From Tubulanus polymorphus (Eukaryota > Animalia > Nemertea), in assembly GCF_964204645.1 (NCBI RefSeq), contig NC_134028.1, positions 11,517,263-11,581,262 on the forward strand: a DNA stretch of 64,000 nucleotides, written 5' to 3'. The notes under the pieces were generated by a model. It saw nothing but the letters and a program-made list of their open reading frames with translations, was not told the origin of the DNA and did not search any database. Position 1 is the stretch's first letter, and each line of letters starts with the position of its first letter. The position numbers were made by a program, and so were the translations under genes. Shown one piece after another: positions 36,901 to 49,920 of this stretch.

Positions 36901-39066
36901 CCAAAATAATGAATTGTCGCGGACGACAAAAACAAACTATGAATTGTCGCGGGCGATAAAACCAAAATAATGAATTGTCTCGGGCGACAAAAACATAATA
37001 TTTAGTTGTCACGTGCGATAAGACCAAAATAGTGATTTGTCGCGGGCGACAAAACCAAAATATTGAATTGTCACGGGCGACAAAAAAAAAAATAAAACCA
37101 AAATAATGAATTGTCGCGGGCGACAAACACAAAATATTGAATTGTCGCGGGCGACAAAACCAAACTAATGAATTGTCGGGGGCGATAAAACCAAACTATG
37201 AATTGTCGCGGGCGATAAAACAAAAATATTGAATTGTCGTGGGTGATAAATCCAAAATATTGAATTGTCGCGAGCGACAAAACCAAACTAATGAATTGTC
37301 GCGGGCGATAAAACCAAACTATGAATTGTCGCGGGCGATAAAACCAAAATATTGAATTGTCTCGGGCGCCAAAAACATAATATTTAGTTGTCACGTGCGA
37401 TAAGACCAAAATAATGAATTGTCGCGGGCGACAAAACCAAAATAATGAATTGTTGCGGGCGATAAAACCAAAATAATGAATTGTCGCGGGCGACAAACAC
37501 AAAATAATGAATTATCACGGGCGATAAAACCAAAATATTGAATTGTCGCGGGCGACAAAACCAAACTAATGAATTGTCGGGGGCGATAAAACCAAAATAT
37601 TGAATTGTCGCGGGCGACAAAACCAAAAAAAGAATTGTCGGGGCGACAAAACCAAAATAATGAATTGTCGCTGGAGATAAAACCAAAGTAATGAATTGTC
37701 GCGGGCGATAAAACCAAACTAATGAATTGTCGCGGGTGATAAAACCAAAATATTGAATTGTCACGGGTGACAAAACCAAACTAATGAATTGTCGGCGGCG
37801 ATAAAACCAAACTGTGAATTGTCACGGGCGATTAAACAAAAATATTGAATTGTCGCGGGTGATAAAACCAAAATATTGAATTGTCGCGGGCGACAAAACC
37901 AAACTTATGAATTGTCGCGGGCGATAAAACCAAACTATGAATTGTCGCGAGCGATAAAACCAAAATAATGAATTGTCGCGGGCGATAAAACCAAAATAAT
38001 GAATCATCGCGGGCGATAAAAACAAAATATTGAATTGTCGCGGGCGATTAAACCAATATAATGAATTGTCGCAGGCGACAAAACCAAAATATTGAATTGT
38101 CGCGGGCGACAAAACCACCAAAAAAAATTGTCGCAGGCGACTAAAACAAAATATAAAACCAAAATAATGAATTGTCGCGGGCGACAAAACCAAACTAATG
38201 AATTGTCGCGGGCGACAAAACCAAAAAAAGAATTGTCGGGGCGACAAAACCAAAATAATGAATTGTCGCGGGCGATAAAACCAAAATAATGAATTGTCGC
38301 GGACGATAAAACCAAAATAATGAATTGTCGCGGGCGACAAAACCAAAAAGAAGAATTGTCGTGGGCGACAAAACCAAAATAATGAATTGTCGCTGGAGAT
38401 AAAACCAAACTAATGAATTGTCGCGGGCGACAAAACCAAAAAAAGAATTGTCGGGCGACAAAACCAAAATAATGAATTGTCGCAGACGGTAAAACCAAAA
38501 TAATGAATTGTCGCGGGCGATAAAACCAAAATGGTGAATTGTCGCGGGCAACAAAACCAAAATAATGAATTGTCGTGGGCGATAAAACCAGAATAATGAA
38601 TTGTCGCCGGCGATAAAACCAAAATAATGAATTGTCTCGGGCGACAAAACCAAAATATTGAATTGTCGCAGGCGATAAAACCAAAATATTGAATTGTTGC
38701 AGGCGATAAAACCAAAATATTGAATTGTCGCGGGCGACAAAACCAAAAAAAAAAATTGTCGCGGGCGACAAAAACAAAATATAAAACCAAAATAATGAAT
38801 TGTCGCGGGCGACAAAACACAAAAGAAGAATTGTCGCGGGCTACAAAACCAAAATAATGAATTGTCGCTGGCGATAAAACCAAAGTAGTGAATTGTCGTG
38901 GGCGATAAAACCAAAATATTGAATTTTTGCGGGCGACAAGACCAAAATAATGAATTGTCGCAAGCGATAAAACCAAAATAATGAATTGTCGCGGGCGATA
39001 AAAACAAAATATTGAATTGTCGCGTGTGACAAAACCAAAATAATGAATTGTCGCGGGCGACAAAAT
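33947..39066. repeat. 31-bp satellite array (~120 units), interrupted at 34275-35525
   Basis: Unit gggcgaYaaaaccaaaataWtgaattgtcgc; accounts for the many periodic ORFs from 33928 to 39133. Confidence 0.95.
34275..35525. mobile_element. HINE family A, full-length, inserted in the satellite
   Basis: Splits one satellite unit inside its A tract (ccaaa|CTAGGGG...GTGGACTG|aaaaagaattgtcg) with no TSD; five ~155-bp units, (GGAC)n, hairpin tgggactaaagtccca. Confidence 0.85.
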
Positions 39067-40655
39067 CAAAATCATTGTTTTCTCGCGTTATTTTAGTTTT
39101 GTCGTTTTGTCGTAATGTCGCCCTCATTTGCATATTCGTGTTTTCTTTATCTTATCAGCCACCATACTAAAGCCTTAAGGTCGCGTAAAACTCGATAAAC
39201 ACTTCAAGCGACACAGCGAACGATCTCCTTTCCTCCACAGCGAACGCTTACTCCGAATGTCAAGTGTGAGTCCAGCATACGGATAGGAGTGTGTTATATA
39301 CTTGTATTTAGTAAATACCTTGTGCATTTGACAATGATCGGTATGTACTGTAGGAAATATAGAGTATTAATAAATGGTTGGAGCCCGCGGCCGAATAAAG
39401 TAATATATTCTTTTATTTTGATACCTCGTCGACATAACAGCTTTTCTCCGCCATATCTCTTCGGCCTGTTTAATTTAGGCCTACGATTCCCCGGTACACT
39501 AAAGATTAATCTTAGTAAATACACGACTAATTCGGTAAAGAAAAATAGGTATTGTTAAACTAACTCCTTGAAACCCGCAGCCAAATCACTGGTAGTAATA
39601 AATTAATTTGTACTCGATTTGATTCTCATGATGTGGAGAAACTCGCAGCTCATCCCCGGAACGTCGATGTAGTAACACACGTCGATTCGTCGATGTTTAC
39701 GGCTCGACAGTGCTTTTAAAATCTAAAGTAGTAAATTTCCAGTGTATCGGTAATATGATTTGATGAGGAAAATGGGCTATTGTTAAAATCACTGTTTGAA
39801 GACCGCGACTGAATGTGAAGTCTGCGGCAATAAATTAGTTCATTTATACTTGAATTGATAATCGAAGTGACAGTCGGCCTACGGGTTGATTTCGGGATGA
39901 CGACTCGAAAAACATGTCGCCCCATTGAATGGGGCTAAATTTTCGATGTTTACAGCCCGACAGCGCTTTTGTAACGATGATTCGTGAAAAAACACGCAGA
40001 CTATTTGTAGATCTCAGTGAGCTGAACGATATTATATGGATTGTATATGAAACAGCGGTAAGGTAACAAAGCCTATGTTCTTTTGGTAAAAATAGTGTGG
40101 AAGAAAATAATAATAATAATAATCACGAGGATATCAATAGGGTTTTCTGTGAAATAACAGAAAACCCTAATGATCTAATAATGCAAACAGTGGTAAAGAC
40201 TCTCAACTACTATGAAAATGACATCGGCACTGTTTTCAATGTGACATATATAAACACATGAAGAAGCGACTCGACTTATACACCGACTATAGCCCTAGCA
40301 CAACTTTTTAAACTGAAAATTTGACCTCCATTTATACACCGGGTCGACTTGTACACCGGAAAATACGGTAGTTTAGGTGACGGCTTCATTTTCTTAAAGC
40401 GCGCGGTATCAAAGGTTGTGTTTCTACCTTTAAATATAAAGCACATGGCTAATTAGTATTTCAAGGCCATCAATGCCTAGCGCCAATTTGTGAAAAAGCT
40501 ATTTTTTTCCTTACACAATTGTCGAGGATAAATTTTCTGAGGTGCAAATATAAATTCAACTAAATCAACTTAACATCAAATCAACTAAAGATTTCCTAGA
40601 AATCGATCTTGAAGTAGAATTTCAAATATCAAATAAAACTCGGAAGTAAAACAAT

Positions 40656-43160
40656 GGGTTTCTGTGAAACATGGGGTAGCGAATTGGGGCCCACATATGG
40701 GGCCCCATTCTGGGGTACCACCATATATATTTAATCAAGGTTTTTTTCAATATCAGGTGTCGACACCGATAAGCGTGGACTTTTTGTATTGACTGATTAA
40801 GAAGAGCGGCCTAAAAATCACTTTAAATTCTGAAATATCTGAAAGTTTTGAAGTGGGCTGCCGGATCACTGGGAACCAGTCAAATGGAAAACCGAAAACA
40901 CAGAATATATATCGTAAAGTGATAAGTTGTCTTTACTTTCTTGCTGGTGGAAGCGAGTTCGTTAACGATACTGGACCACTGGCAAGTGAGGTATGACTTG
41001 TACCCACATCAGGCCGCCCTCCCTTACAAATAATTCACATATGTTATGTGTGTGAATAACACACATTACATGAGTGAAAGGTGTGAAAGACACAAAAAAC
41101 ACATGTGATTCCAGCCATCGCACGTATGATCTGTGTTGTGGAGCCCATGACATGTGTGAATAACACATGATCACACGTGTGATTCTGAAATACATGTGTG
41201 ATTGAGAAATACATGTGTGATTCACACATGTGATTGGCTCAACAACACAGATCACATGTGTAACCGCTGGGATCACACATGTCATAGAATAACACATGTG
41301 ATTAACATCAATTATTCGAATCTGCAACACGTGTGATTGTACATGTGATCACTTCGGATATGAACCATTCCAATGTTGGTTCCAAATTTTGAACAGCTGC
41401 ATTTTTGTCATAGAGTCCATGTTGGAATAAGAATATTTCCATAACTGTTCTCATTATTTCAACATTTTCAACACGTACGTGTTAAGATTTTATGCCGCGC
41501 CTACTGTGCAAAACCTAGTGCGAATGTCCATTCCTAGTTTGTATTTTCATTCGACTAAATTAATAAAATAAGGTTATTATATATTTTTGCATTCGCTATT
41601 GAAAAAATATAAATATAAATATTCAAAAAAGACTTTGAAAAATTATCAGGTATTTACGGGATTCGAACCGTTCACAACGTCTAGCAAAGGACAGGGAATG
41701 AGCATGCAGGCATTATTTCGAGGATGTTTTTGCTGTTTTTAGTCAATTTTCATGGTTAATTTCTTAGTTCGAACAGTCTGGTGTTTGAGTTTAAGCTCCA
41801 AGGCAAGTATTATTGTGTTTCATCAAATATTTATAGTCGACAATGATGATTGAATTTACTGTAAACGGTAAAATCTGTGGCGTTTACTGAATCAATTAAA
41901 TCAAATTCATCCAAACTTTATTTGATGCATGGCAAAGTACAACATGTCCATGCCTAGCTTTTTCAAGTAGGCCTAGATTACACCATGAACTCTTTTTAAA
42001 TCACAATCTGTCCAGTCATGAAAAAGACGCTCATTTGCATACTATACTAATGATTCCTTAACATTGAACTGAATGATCAGCCAGTATTGAACAGTATTTG
42101 CCAATTCTTTCTACAAATGAATTAATCACTTACAAATGAAAATGGAATACTTTCAGCCGGAACAGATTACTGAAAAAGAGGTCAAGAGTCCTGTTATGGT
42201 AGGTGTGACCAGATGATTGACATTAGGGATATTGATTTATTGTTTGGAATTGTGTGCAATATCAAAAGGTTTTATAAATTTGTCTCATTCCAGATCAATG
42301 TTTTGAAGTATAGATCGGGGGTTACCGCAGCCGAAATTAGAAAGAAAGAAAGAAGATTGGACAAACAGTATAAATCGACGAAGTAAATCTGTAAATATTT
42401 GAAAATAAAATTCCCATTAACATATACACAAGTGAGTTATTACATTTGGTTGGTAATTTTGAAACTACATTTCGTTTTGCCATTATGTGGATCTCCTTTT
42501 AGGCAATGGGTTTTTAGGAAATTGTGAAGTTTAGATAAAACATCATGTCCAGAGAAACAAGTGGTCAAATTTTGACCATTATGAATGTGTATTTATACTT
42601 TTTCGTGAAAACAGTCGTGTGGAGCTCGAACAATCAGGATGAGTGCAGATCACATGCGTTATAAATCACACATGACTGTGTAAAATGACATGTGTGATTC
42701 ACATTCAGGGCTGTATCACATGTGTGATTCACATGTGTAAAAATGGGACAATTCACACGTGTGATTTAGAAAATAACACGTGTTGATACAGCTTGAATGT
42801 GAATCTCATGTGTGATTCACGTGATTCACATGTGTAAAAAAATGGGATAAAATCACACATGTGATTCACATACATGGCTGTATCATACGTGTGATAATGT
42901 GCTGCTTTAACACATGTGAATCATACATGTTTTTTAAAGAATCACATATGTGATTTTTTTGTAAGGGATTTCAAACATTAGTTACTAATATCTTGGAATT
43001 TAAAGCAATTTTCTTGCCAGCTCATCTAAATCAATTGATAAAAATAGGGAGCTGAAACAGGTCCACGTTTATCGGTGTTAATATCTGATATCAAAACACC
43101 CCGGTTTAATATATATGATTGTATTCCATGTGGGGGCCCCAATCCGTTTCACAGAAACCC
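40656..43160. mobile_element. MULE-like MITE with a nested insertion
   Basis: TIR GGGTTTCTGTGAAAC / GTTTCACAGAAACCC extending ~100 bp imperfectly; 9-bp TSD taaaacaat / taacacaat (1 mismatch). Confidence 0.8.
41021..42967. mobile_element. EnSpm/CACTA-like non-autonomous element
   Basis: CCCTTACAAA...TCACATATG / CATATGTGATTTTTTTGTAAGGG termini; dense subterminal CACATGTG repeats at both ends; 2-bp flanks ct/at do not match. Confidence 0.75.
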
Positions 43161-43835
43161 TAACACAATACTATGGGTTCATGTGAAAACCTGCTGGTTT
43201 CTACAGCTTATCCAATCATAGAGGAGCCTTTGCTCAGTGATTGGCTTTTTATAAGTGAAAAAAATTAAATGTCCTAATACGTTTATGACTGACCTGGAAA
43301 TATGACAATACATGCAAAACCCAATTTTTTCCAATTTCTTTACATAGTGCTTACAACATAAAAGTTATTTATTAGCTAAGTGTGCAGGCAATACTTCAAA
43401 ACCCATCCATTCGCAAGTCTAAATGATAAATCCAATAATCTTGGGAAACTTATATCCTAACAACGTTAAGCAAGATAAAAAAATAAATTGCCCATGGGCA
43501 AAGTGTGGTTTACCTTGAAAGCTAGAGGTTGTTTGGAGTAAGGGCATTGCTTGAAAAAATCTTTTTAATTCGTGACTTCAAAGTTCTAGAAGTTTATATT
43601 GTATTTTATCTTTCTTAAAGAATTATTTTGTAGTCAAATAAGACCAAAGATAAACATTTGTTTATGGTCTACGTCCAAAATTTCGTAGGGTACAGATAGA
43701 CGCGGCATTGGAAACTATTTTATATTTAAAAAAAATAATTTCACAATATGAAAAAATATTCAAATAAAATTCATATGATGTCACATATCAGAGGGTGGCT
43801 GAATATTGAGTCTTGGAAACGAAACCTCTTCCAAT

Positions 43836-44293
43836 CAGGTGCGGATCCAGACTATCGCACATGCAGCACGTGCGGTAGTCGCAGTTTTCAAATGCCCTTG
43901 AAAAATTTATGTTTCGGGAAAAAAGTAAATAAAAGGGCACACAATTTGTGCGTCATAAAAAATAATTGCCTTTCTGTACAAGGCGTAAAGCGAAATGTGG
44001 ATGAAATAAATTGCCCAAAATCATAAAAGGCAACCTAAGGCATTTTTTACTCAAAAGGGCACTATTCTAAAAAATAAATTATTGTCGCTCTATAAATTTA
44101 ATCGAGAAATGGCAAATTTTGACCAAATACCTAAAAAAGGCTAAAAGCGAATTGAATGTGAAGACACATTTAGTGGCATGATACGATTGCACTCAAACTC
44201 AAACTCGCTCGCTGGGCATTAATACTGGCCCTTTTCAGTTGGTGCCCTTTTTCACTGTGCTGTAGTCACTGTATGGCCCTGGATCGGCGCCTG
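43836..44293. mobile_element. hAT-like MITE with 5-bp TSD
   Basis: CCAAT|CAGGTGCGGATCCAG ... CTGGATCGGCGCCTG|CCAAT. Confidence 0.8.
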
Positions 44294-45571
44294 CCAATGT
44301 ATGGCCGCGGAAGCTAAAACACCGGGGCGTAGTATTAGATCGTTTTGAATCCTGGAATTTACCGCTACAATATTCAGACCTCGACCTATACCTATAGTTT
44401 GCTGCTTAGTATTTTCAGGTCACAAGAAATTACAATTTCTTACAACTTCTATCAAACAGAAAACACAGCGCTCATCTTCTGCTATGACGATTATTCAGCC
44501 TGTTATCATACAAAACGTGCACGCGCCAAGCATCTCCGTATAGTAGTCTGTATGAGCGTGTGTTTGTGTGTGCAACAGTCTAATGTTTAGCACTCCCGTC
44601 CCGCGCACGTGGAGGCCTTGTGTAGTGAACGCTCGCTTCACTTCAATCTCAATCAATGGGTATTAAAACGAAACAATACCTATGGCGATATGTGAAATAA
44701 TTATATTCTCACCAGCAATGAGCATTTAAAATTCGCACTTAGTCCAATGAAACGTTCGCCATAAATGGCTTCCCCATAATTATTTTAGTAGGGCCGGAAT
44801 TCCCCGTGTATCCCAAAAACAGCCAATCACATTCGCTCGTAGAGACGACGCCCCCCAATCGAGGTCATTGCAATTTTATACGCAAGAGCTAAGAATTTTC
44901 CCGCCAAAAACAGTTTTTCGTCGAATTTAAACAGAGTTGACCATGTCATCGACGGAGGTTCGTCATGTCTTCAATCGCATCGATTATACGTCGTTTAACC
45001 CGAGAACCAATGCAAAAAATGCTCACATAAAAAAACGTACCGCGATTTTACATGAATTGGCTCAATGCCAACCTCATACTGCTGACAAAGGTAAACCAAA
45101 AACAAACTCTTTGACGACCATAGTTTATTAACGTTAAAATTCATGACCATAAAACCTATTTCAGCCTGTATACATATCTTGCATCCACCGTGCACCAACA
45201 TATGTCATTACCATGACCATAATTACAGTTAATAACTAACCTATAAATGTTTCTTAACCCAGACTAGAATGCCATCTTCGTAAGTGAAAAGCATAATATG
45301 TAGTTACACATTCTTATGACTATCTGGTGGGTTTTGAAATGAAATTTTTAGATACAAAAGCCGGTTGTCAAAGAGAACTTGTTTTTCAAAAATGTCCCAT
45401 TTATATCTACACATGTATGTTCATACAGTGTATCAAAATCATGATGTTAGAAACATGCAGCTGATGAAATTTGATAAATGAATTGGTGTTGAGTTAATAA
45501 ACTGAAATGTGTCACCAGTGAGCAGATAAGTCATTAATCTACAAATGTAAGTAATTGTACCAACGACCAAC

Positions 45572-45696
45572 CTGTACCATAATTGTCATTATCATCATCA
45601 TTTCCATTGGAAAGTTTCCTTGCTAAATCATCATTTGTTGTCAGTTCCTCATCCTCGACAATGGGTTTCAAACTACGGGGCACGAATGATGAAGCT
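45572..45696 (-). CDS. Candidate internal exon (phase 2-1) of an unidentified host gene
   Basis: Acceptor tttcag, donor gttggt; open reading ASSFVPRSLKPIVEDEELTTNDDLARKLSNGNDDDNDNYGT. Confidence 0.4.
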
Positions 45697-45871
45697 CTGA
45701 AATTTCACCAACAATCATTTAAGTTCATAATCAATAAGATCTCGACAGAGGCATTATCATCATTTGGATACTGTTATAAAATACATGTGTCCCTAGCTTG
45801 GCCAAGTCTGGATATAGTTTTGTCATCCAGTAGTGTATATTCAATGTATTTTCATCTCAGGTATATAATTG

Positions 45872-47790
45872 CCCTAAATCTGTAAGTTGCTCATAAAGCT
45901 GTGCATTTTTTTTTTACATTTTTGATGCATTTTTGCGAGTTGCTCATGCACACATTATTTCTGCTCATGGTTAGAAGTATGAGCAGATATTTTTGTTCAT
46001 GCATGTCGAAACACATGTGAGCAGAAATCCAAGGTATAAATTCTTGCTCATGTCCTGAATATATTTAATATATCATTATTATTAATTAATAAAAAGAGTT
46101 TTTTAACTTCATATTGGATGAAATATAATTAATTGCATATACTGGACATACGAATTACTATAGCTACCCGGCGTACAAATACCCTATACCATATTTATGC
46201 ATAATAACAGAAAGTGGATGTATTTTAAAGCTCATAATTACTACGTTCTTAGCCCGTTTTTCTAATAACTTGGTTTATGGGGTAGACAGTAAAATATCAT
46301 TTCGGAGGACGAAATAAAAATGAGGAAAAATGTTCCTCAGTGAGATAAAATCACTTTTTGATGGAAGAGTGAACTGTCGATAGGGCAATATACATATGTC
46401 CAAACAACTTATTCTTGGGAAGTTTGAATTCTGCACGCTGTGATCAAAAAAGAACCTAGCGTTTTTCAATTTTTTCATCATTCAAGGCAGGATTCTCATT
46501 CAGCAGAGGTTAAAAATCTTTTTTTGCTCATTTTTTCACTGAATTAGTTCCACAGACAGGAATAAAAATGACACTTCTTCAAATTTCAGCAAAAAAAGCC
46601 TTAGCAAACGGCACTGGACATTCAGTTCAATGTTAACCATAGACGTAATGAATTAATGCCACTGATTTGAACTGATATTTTTGAAACACAATAACTGGAG
46701 AAATACCCCTGATTGTGGCGGTTTAGTAGTTGCATTAGAATATGAAAATCTGCACATATATATACACGCATCTTCTGATAAATTGCAGTCCATATTTAGC
46801 AACTGATCTCGAGCTTATTGGCCAGCTCTACATCTGAGCACCCAAATAGAGCAGTTTCTACTAGTACTGCTAAAAAGGGACGAATTATCCAAACAATGAT
46901 GTGGCCAGTTCCAAGTTCACTTCCAAAATTGTTCTTTGACTTCTTGGTAATACATCTCAATAACGATTTTAACATTTTTACAACAAATAATGGCTCTCCA
47001 TATATTTTGATTTAATTATTTGTATTATAAATTTGAAATCTTCTTAATTTGACGTAATTATTGAAGTAACTGTGCATTTACTTTATAACTTTATATGATT
47101 TTCTCCATTAGTGATATGTAATTCTTGTCGAGGATTTTAAACTGTTGTACATTTGAAGATCTATATGCGTAAATAAAATTGATAGACTCGAGCCAATTTG
47201 TGAGCAGTTTGCAATAAAATCCAGTTCACTGGCTTTAAAACAATAGCTCGAGCAACTTTACAAGCAAGTGCAACTTTACAAGCAAGTTACATGAAATTCC
47301 AGCTCAAACCAGTTCTAACCAATAGGAAAAAGGCTATATAAACTCCAGAATCTAGTTTAGAACTTCAGTCAGATGATAATCACAATTAAGTGGGGAGCAA
47401 GGATAGAATATGATTACGAGAAAGAAACTACCATGTTGTTGTTGTTCTTGTTGTTGTTGTTTTTGTACTGTTATTACTATTATTGGCGATAGGCAAACAT
47501 TTCTGATTGTTTTCTTCTTCCAGTAAAAAAGCAGTGGTTAAACAACGCTTTTTTCGGCCTTTCGACAGTACCACTGGTCGTATGTGCATTGTTTCTATTG
47601 AACCTTCTCAACATGTACTTTGACATGCATGAGCAAGAATTTTCGCTCATGCCTTCATTGGAATATAATCTAAAGATATTCGCATGGGTTAACATCTGCT
47701 TGCATGAGCAAGAATAATGTGTGCATGAGCAGTTTGCAAAAATGCAAAAGAGTGCATGCACTACTTTATGAGCAACTTACAGAAAGAGGG
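45872..47790. mobile_element. EnSpm/CACTA-like non-autonomous element
   Basis: TG|CCCTaaaTCTGTAAGTTGCTCATAAAG ... CTTTATGAGCAACTTACAGAaagAGGG|TG: 2-bp TSD and subterminal TGCTCATG / CATGAGCA repeats. Confidence 0.85.
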
Positions 47791-49017
47791 TGTTTTTCAT
47801 AGCTCTTGAACACATGGTTGACCGGATCTTGTAATCTAGACTATTAGAGGAATTTCATATACAAAAACATAACTTCACGATATCGTTTTCAATGTAAAGA
47901 TGAAACAATTGTGTTTTATACCCTTAAATTTGGCAAAGGTCCTTTTTTCTACCTACTGACCTTATGTATTGTGCTTTTTTAAATGAGGAATCAGATTGTG
48001 CATGTTCAAGAAATTATGAAATAGAAATATTTTTGAAATATGAATCATAAAACATGAGCTACAACTTTGCAATTGAATATGGTTACTTAATATGCACAGG
48101 GGCCAGTATCAATAGACAAATTGTATATTATTCTGAATATCTCACTCCTCCGGTGGCAAGAACAAAGTATCGGGTGATCAGAAATCTACGTGAGGAAATG
48201 TGTCCTATGCAAGTGCTAATGAAATGCAAATATCAAGAATATAAGTTAAATCCTGTTGATGTCTTCCTCAAATAATTTGCCACAGGCAAAGTGGTTTATC
48301 TTTCTGGTATCTTGAACAACGTACACTTATACATGTATTCATTTTGATTATCCAGGAAGCCAATTAAAGTCCCAAAATTCTTATTTTAGGCCTACCAACT
48401 CATTTTTTGCCTGATCAACACAAGCTAGCGTTTTTGGCAATAATTTTTCTATATAATAGGCTTAGATTATGTTCAAACGGTCTCTTGAAAGCAGAGAGAT
48501 GCTGAGACAGCAAATACTCATCAGAAGGTGATAAAACATAATTCATTGAATGACATCTCTGAATTTGCCATATAAATCTCTCTACAACAAATAATTGTTG
48601 AATATTTTATCATATGAGGGTGCCCTCCAATTTTGAGGTCCCTTATAAAATTTCAAGCTCAAAAGATTTCGGATTATTTTCTGAAAATACATTAAAATTT
48701 AGATTAAGAAACAGAAAATATCAAAACTTTGTTTTGACAATTTACTGTTTTTTTAAACGGAAAATTTACCATTCTAGAAGATCTAAAAACCCCAAAATGT
48801 TTGCAAAATTTTAGGGCAAAAATTTTTATTTCAATGAATCCTAAAAAAAAAAAAATTTTCATTCAGTACAAGTCCGGTCGGTCGGGTAATGGGATGGCCT
48901 TAAAAGTGCACACTCCCCACTCCTTTGCTTACCCCTTAGATACCATAACGCATAGTACATAAATAATTAGAGGACCAAAGGTCCTGTGCTCTTGAGGTAC
49001 AGTTTTTTTTTATAATA

Positions 49018-49798
49018 CAGTAGACTACGCTTACCTCGGAATTCTTGGGACTGGAAAATTTTTTCTGAGGTATGCGATTTCCGAGGTATATAAGGTCCGC
49101 AAATTTTGTCATAAAAAAAATTGTTGCTGACACGTGGGCTCAAATTATCCTTCTTATACTAATCTATGTTGAATAAACATTGGATATGTACCATATCTGA
49201 CAGGTTTTTATTGTTATTTCAATCAAAACCTCATATCCCCTGGGAGATTTGACTTGTCATCTTTTATATAAAAACATCGTACTGTAGTACACCAAGTAAA
49301 GCCTCCTTCCCAGTTAAGAGAATTTAAAAACACGTGGGTTTGATGTGCAGTGACAAGTCTATAGCTCCGCCTACATCCATACAATTGACTATTCGTATTA
49401 AAGACAGCCGAGAACTAGCGCGACTGGCACGCTTCCAATTCTTACGATCATCAGCATATCTATCGCAATACACGTGGTAACACAGTACAGATGTTGATTC
49501 ACGTCGCGTCCAAGAACAGGTATTGATTAATCTGTTTCAAGTTGTTATGCAGTAGGCTAGGGATGCGTTTTTGAAAAAATATTGTCGGGACGATGTTCAG
49601 AATTTCCGAGGTACACGATTTTAGGACTCAATTTATAAAAAAATCATTCTGAGGTATGCGATATTCCGACCTATGCAACTCCGAGCTACTCGGAGATTTT
49701 CATTTAAGAAATAATTGCATTAAGAAAAATATTTTAGATTTGTTCTGAGCTAAGCAATATTCCGAGGTGTATGACTCCGAGGTATGCGGAGTCTACTG
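49018..49798. mobile_element. pogo/Tigger-like MITE
   Basis: TA|CAGTAGACTACGCTTACCTCGGA ... TCCGAGGTATGCGGAGTCTACTG|TA; internal ccgaggtat repeats. Confidence 0.85.
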
Positions 49799-49842
49799 TA
49801 TTAATGAAAACATATTACATTGTTCATTCTACTACTCATTAA

Positions 49843-49920
49843 CCCTTTCAGTGCATCTACACCGCAGTGCGGTGTATGAATCGGTGATGGATTTTGCTAG
49901 TACACTGCACTGCGGTGTAT
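49843..49920 (+). mobile_element. Possible piggyBac-like left end (no partner found)
   Basis: TTAA|CCCTTTCAGTGC followed by two tacaccgcagtgcggtgta-type palindromes. Confidence 0.4.

Larger units (their letters stand above)
33565..40169 (-). mobile_element. Helentron-type non-autonomous element with cargo
   Basis: Minus-strand 5' end ttAGGGTTTTCTG-ttatttca-CAGAAAACCCT followed by (att)n; 3' end CAGAAAACCCgttatt-GCTGCtttGCAGC-tatattt. Inserted in AA of the host MITE with no clear TSD. Confidence 0.8.
33126..40368. mobile_element. pogo/Tc2-like MITE split by a 6.6-kb nested insertion
   Basis: TA|CCGTATTTTCCGGTGTATAAGTCGA ... TCGACTTGTACACCGGAAAATACGG|TA; the halves 33126-33564 and 40170-40368 match the intact copy at 52945-53598. 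Confidence 0.9.

Noticed and set aside
33928-39133. Many long hydrophobic ORFs (up to 312 aa)
   Set aside because: Translations of the 31-bp satellite; the same peptide cycles through all three frames.
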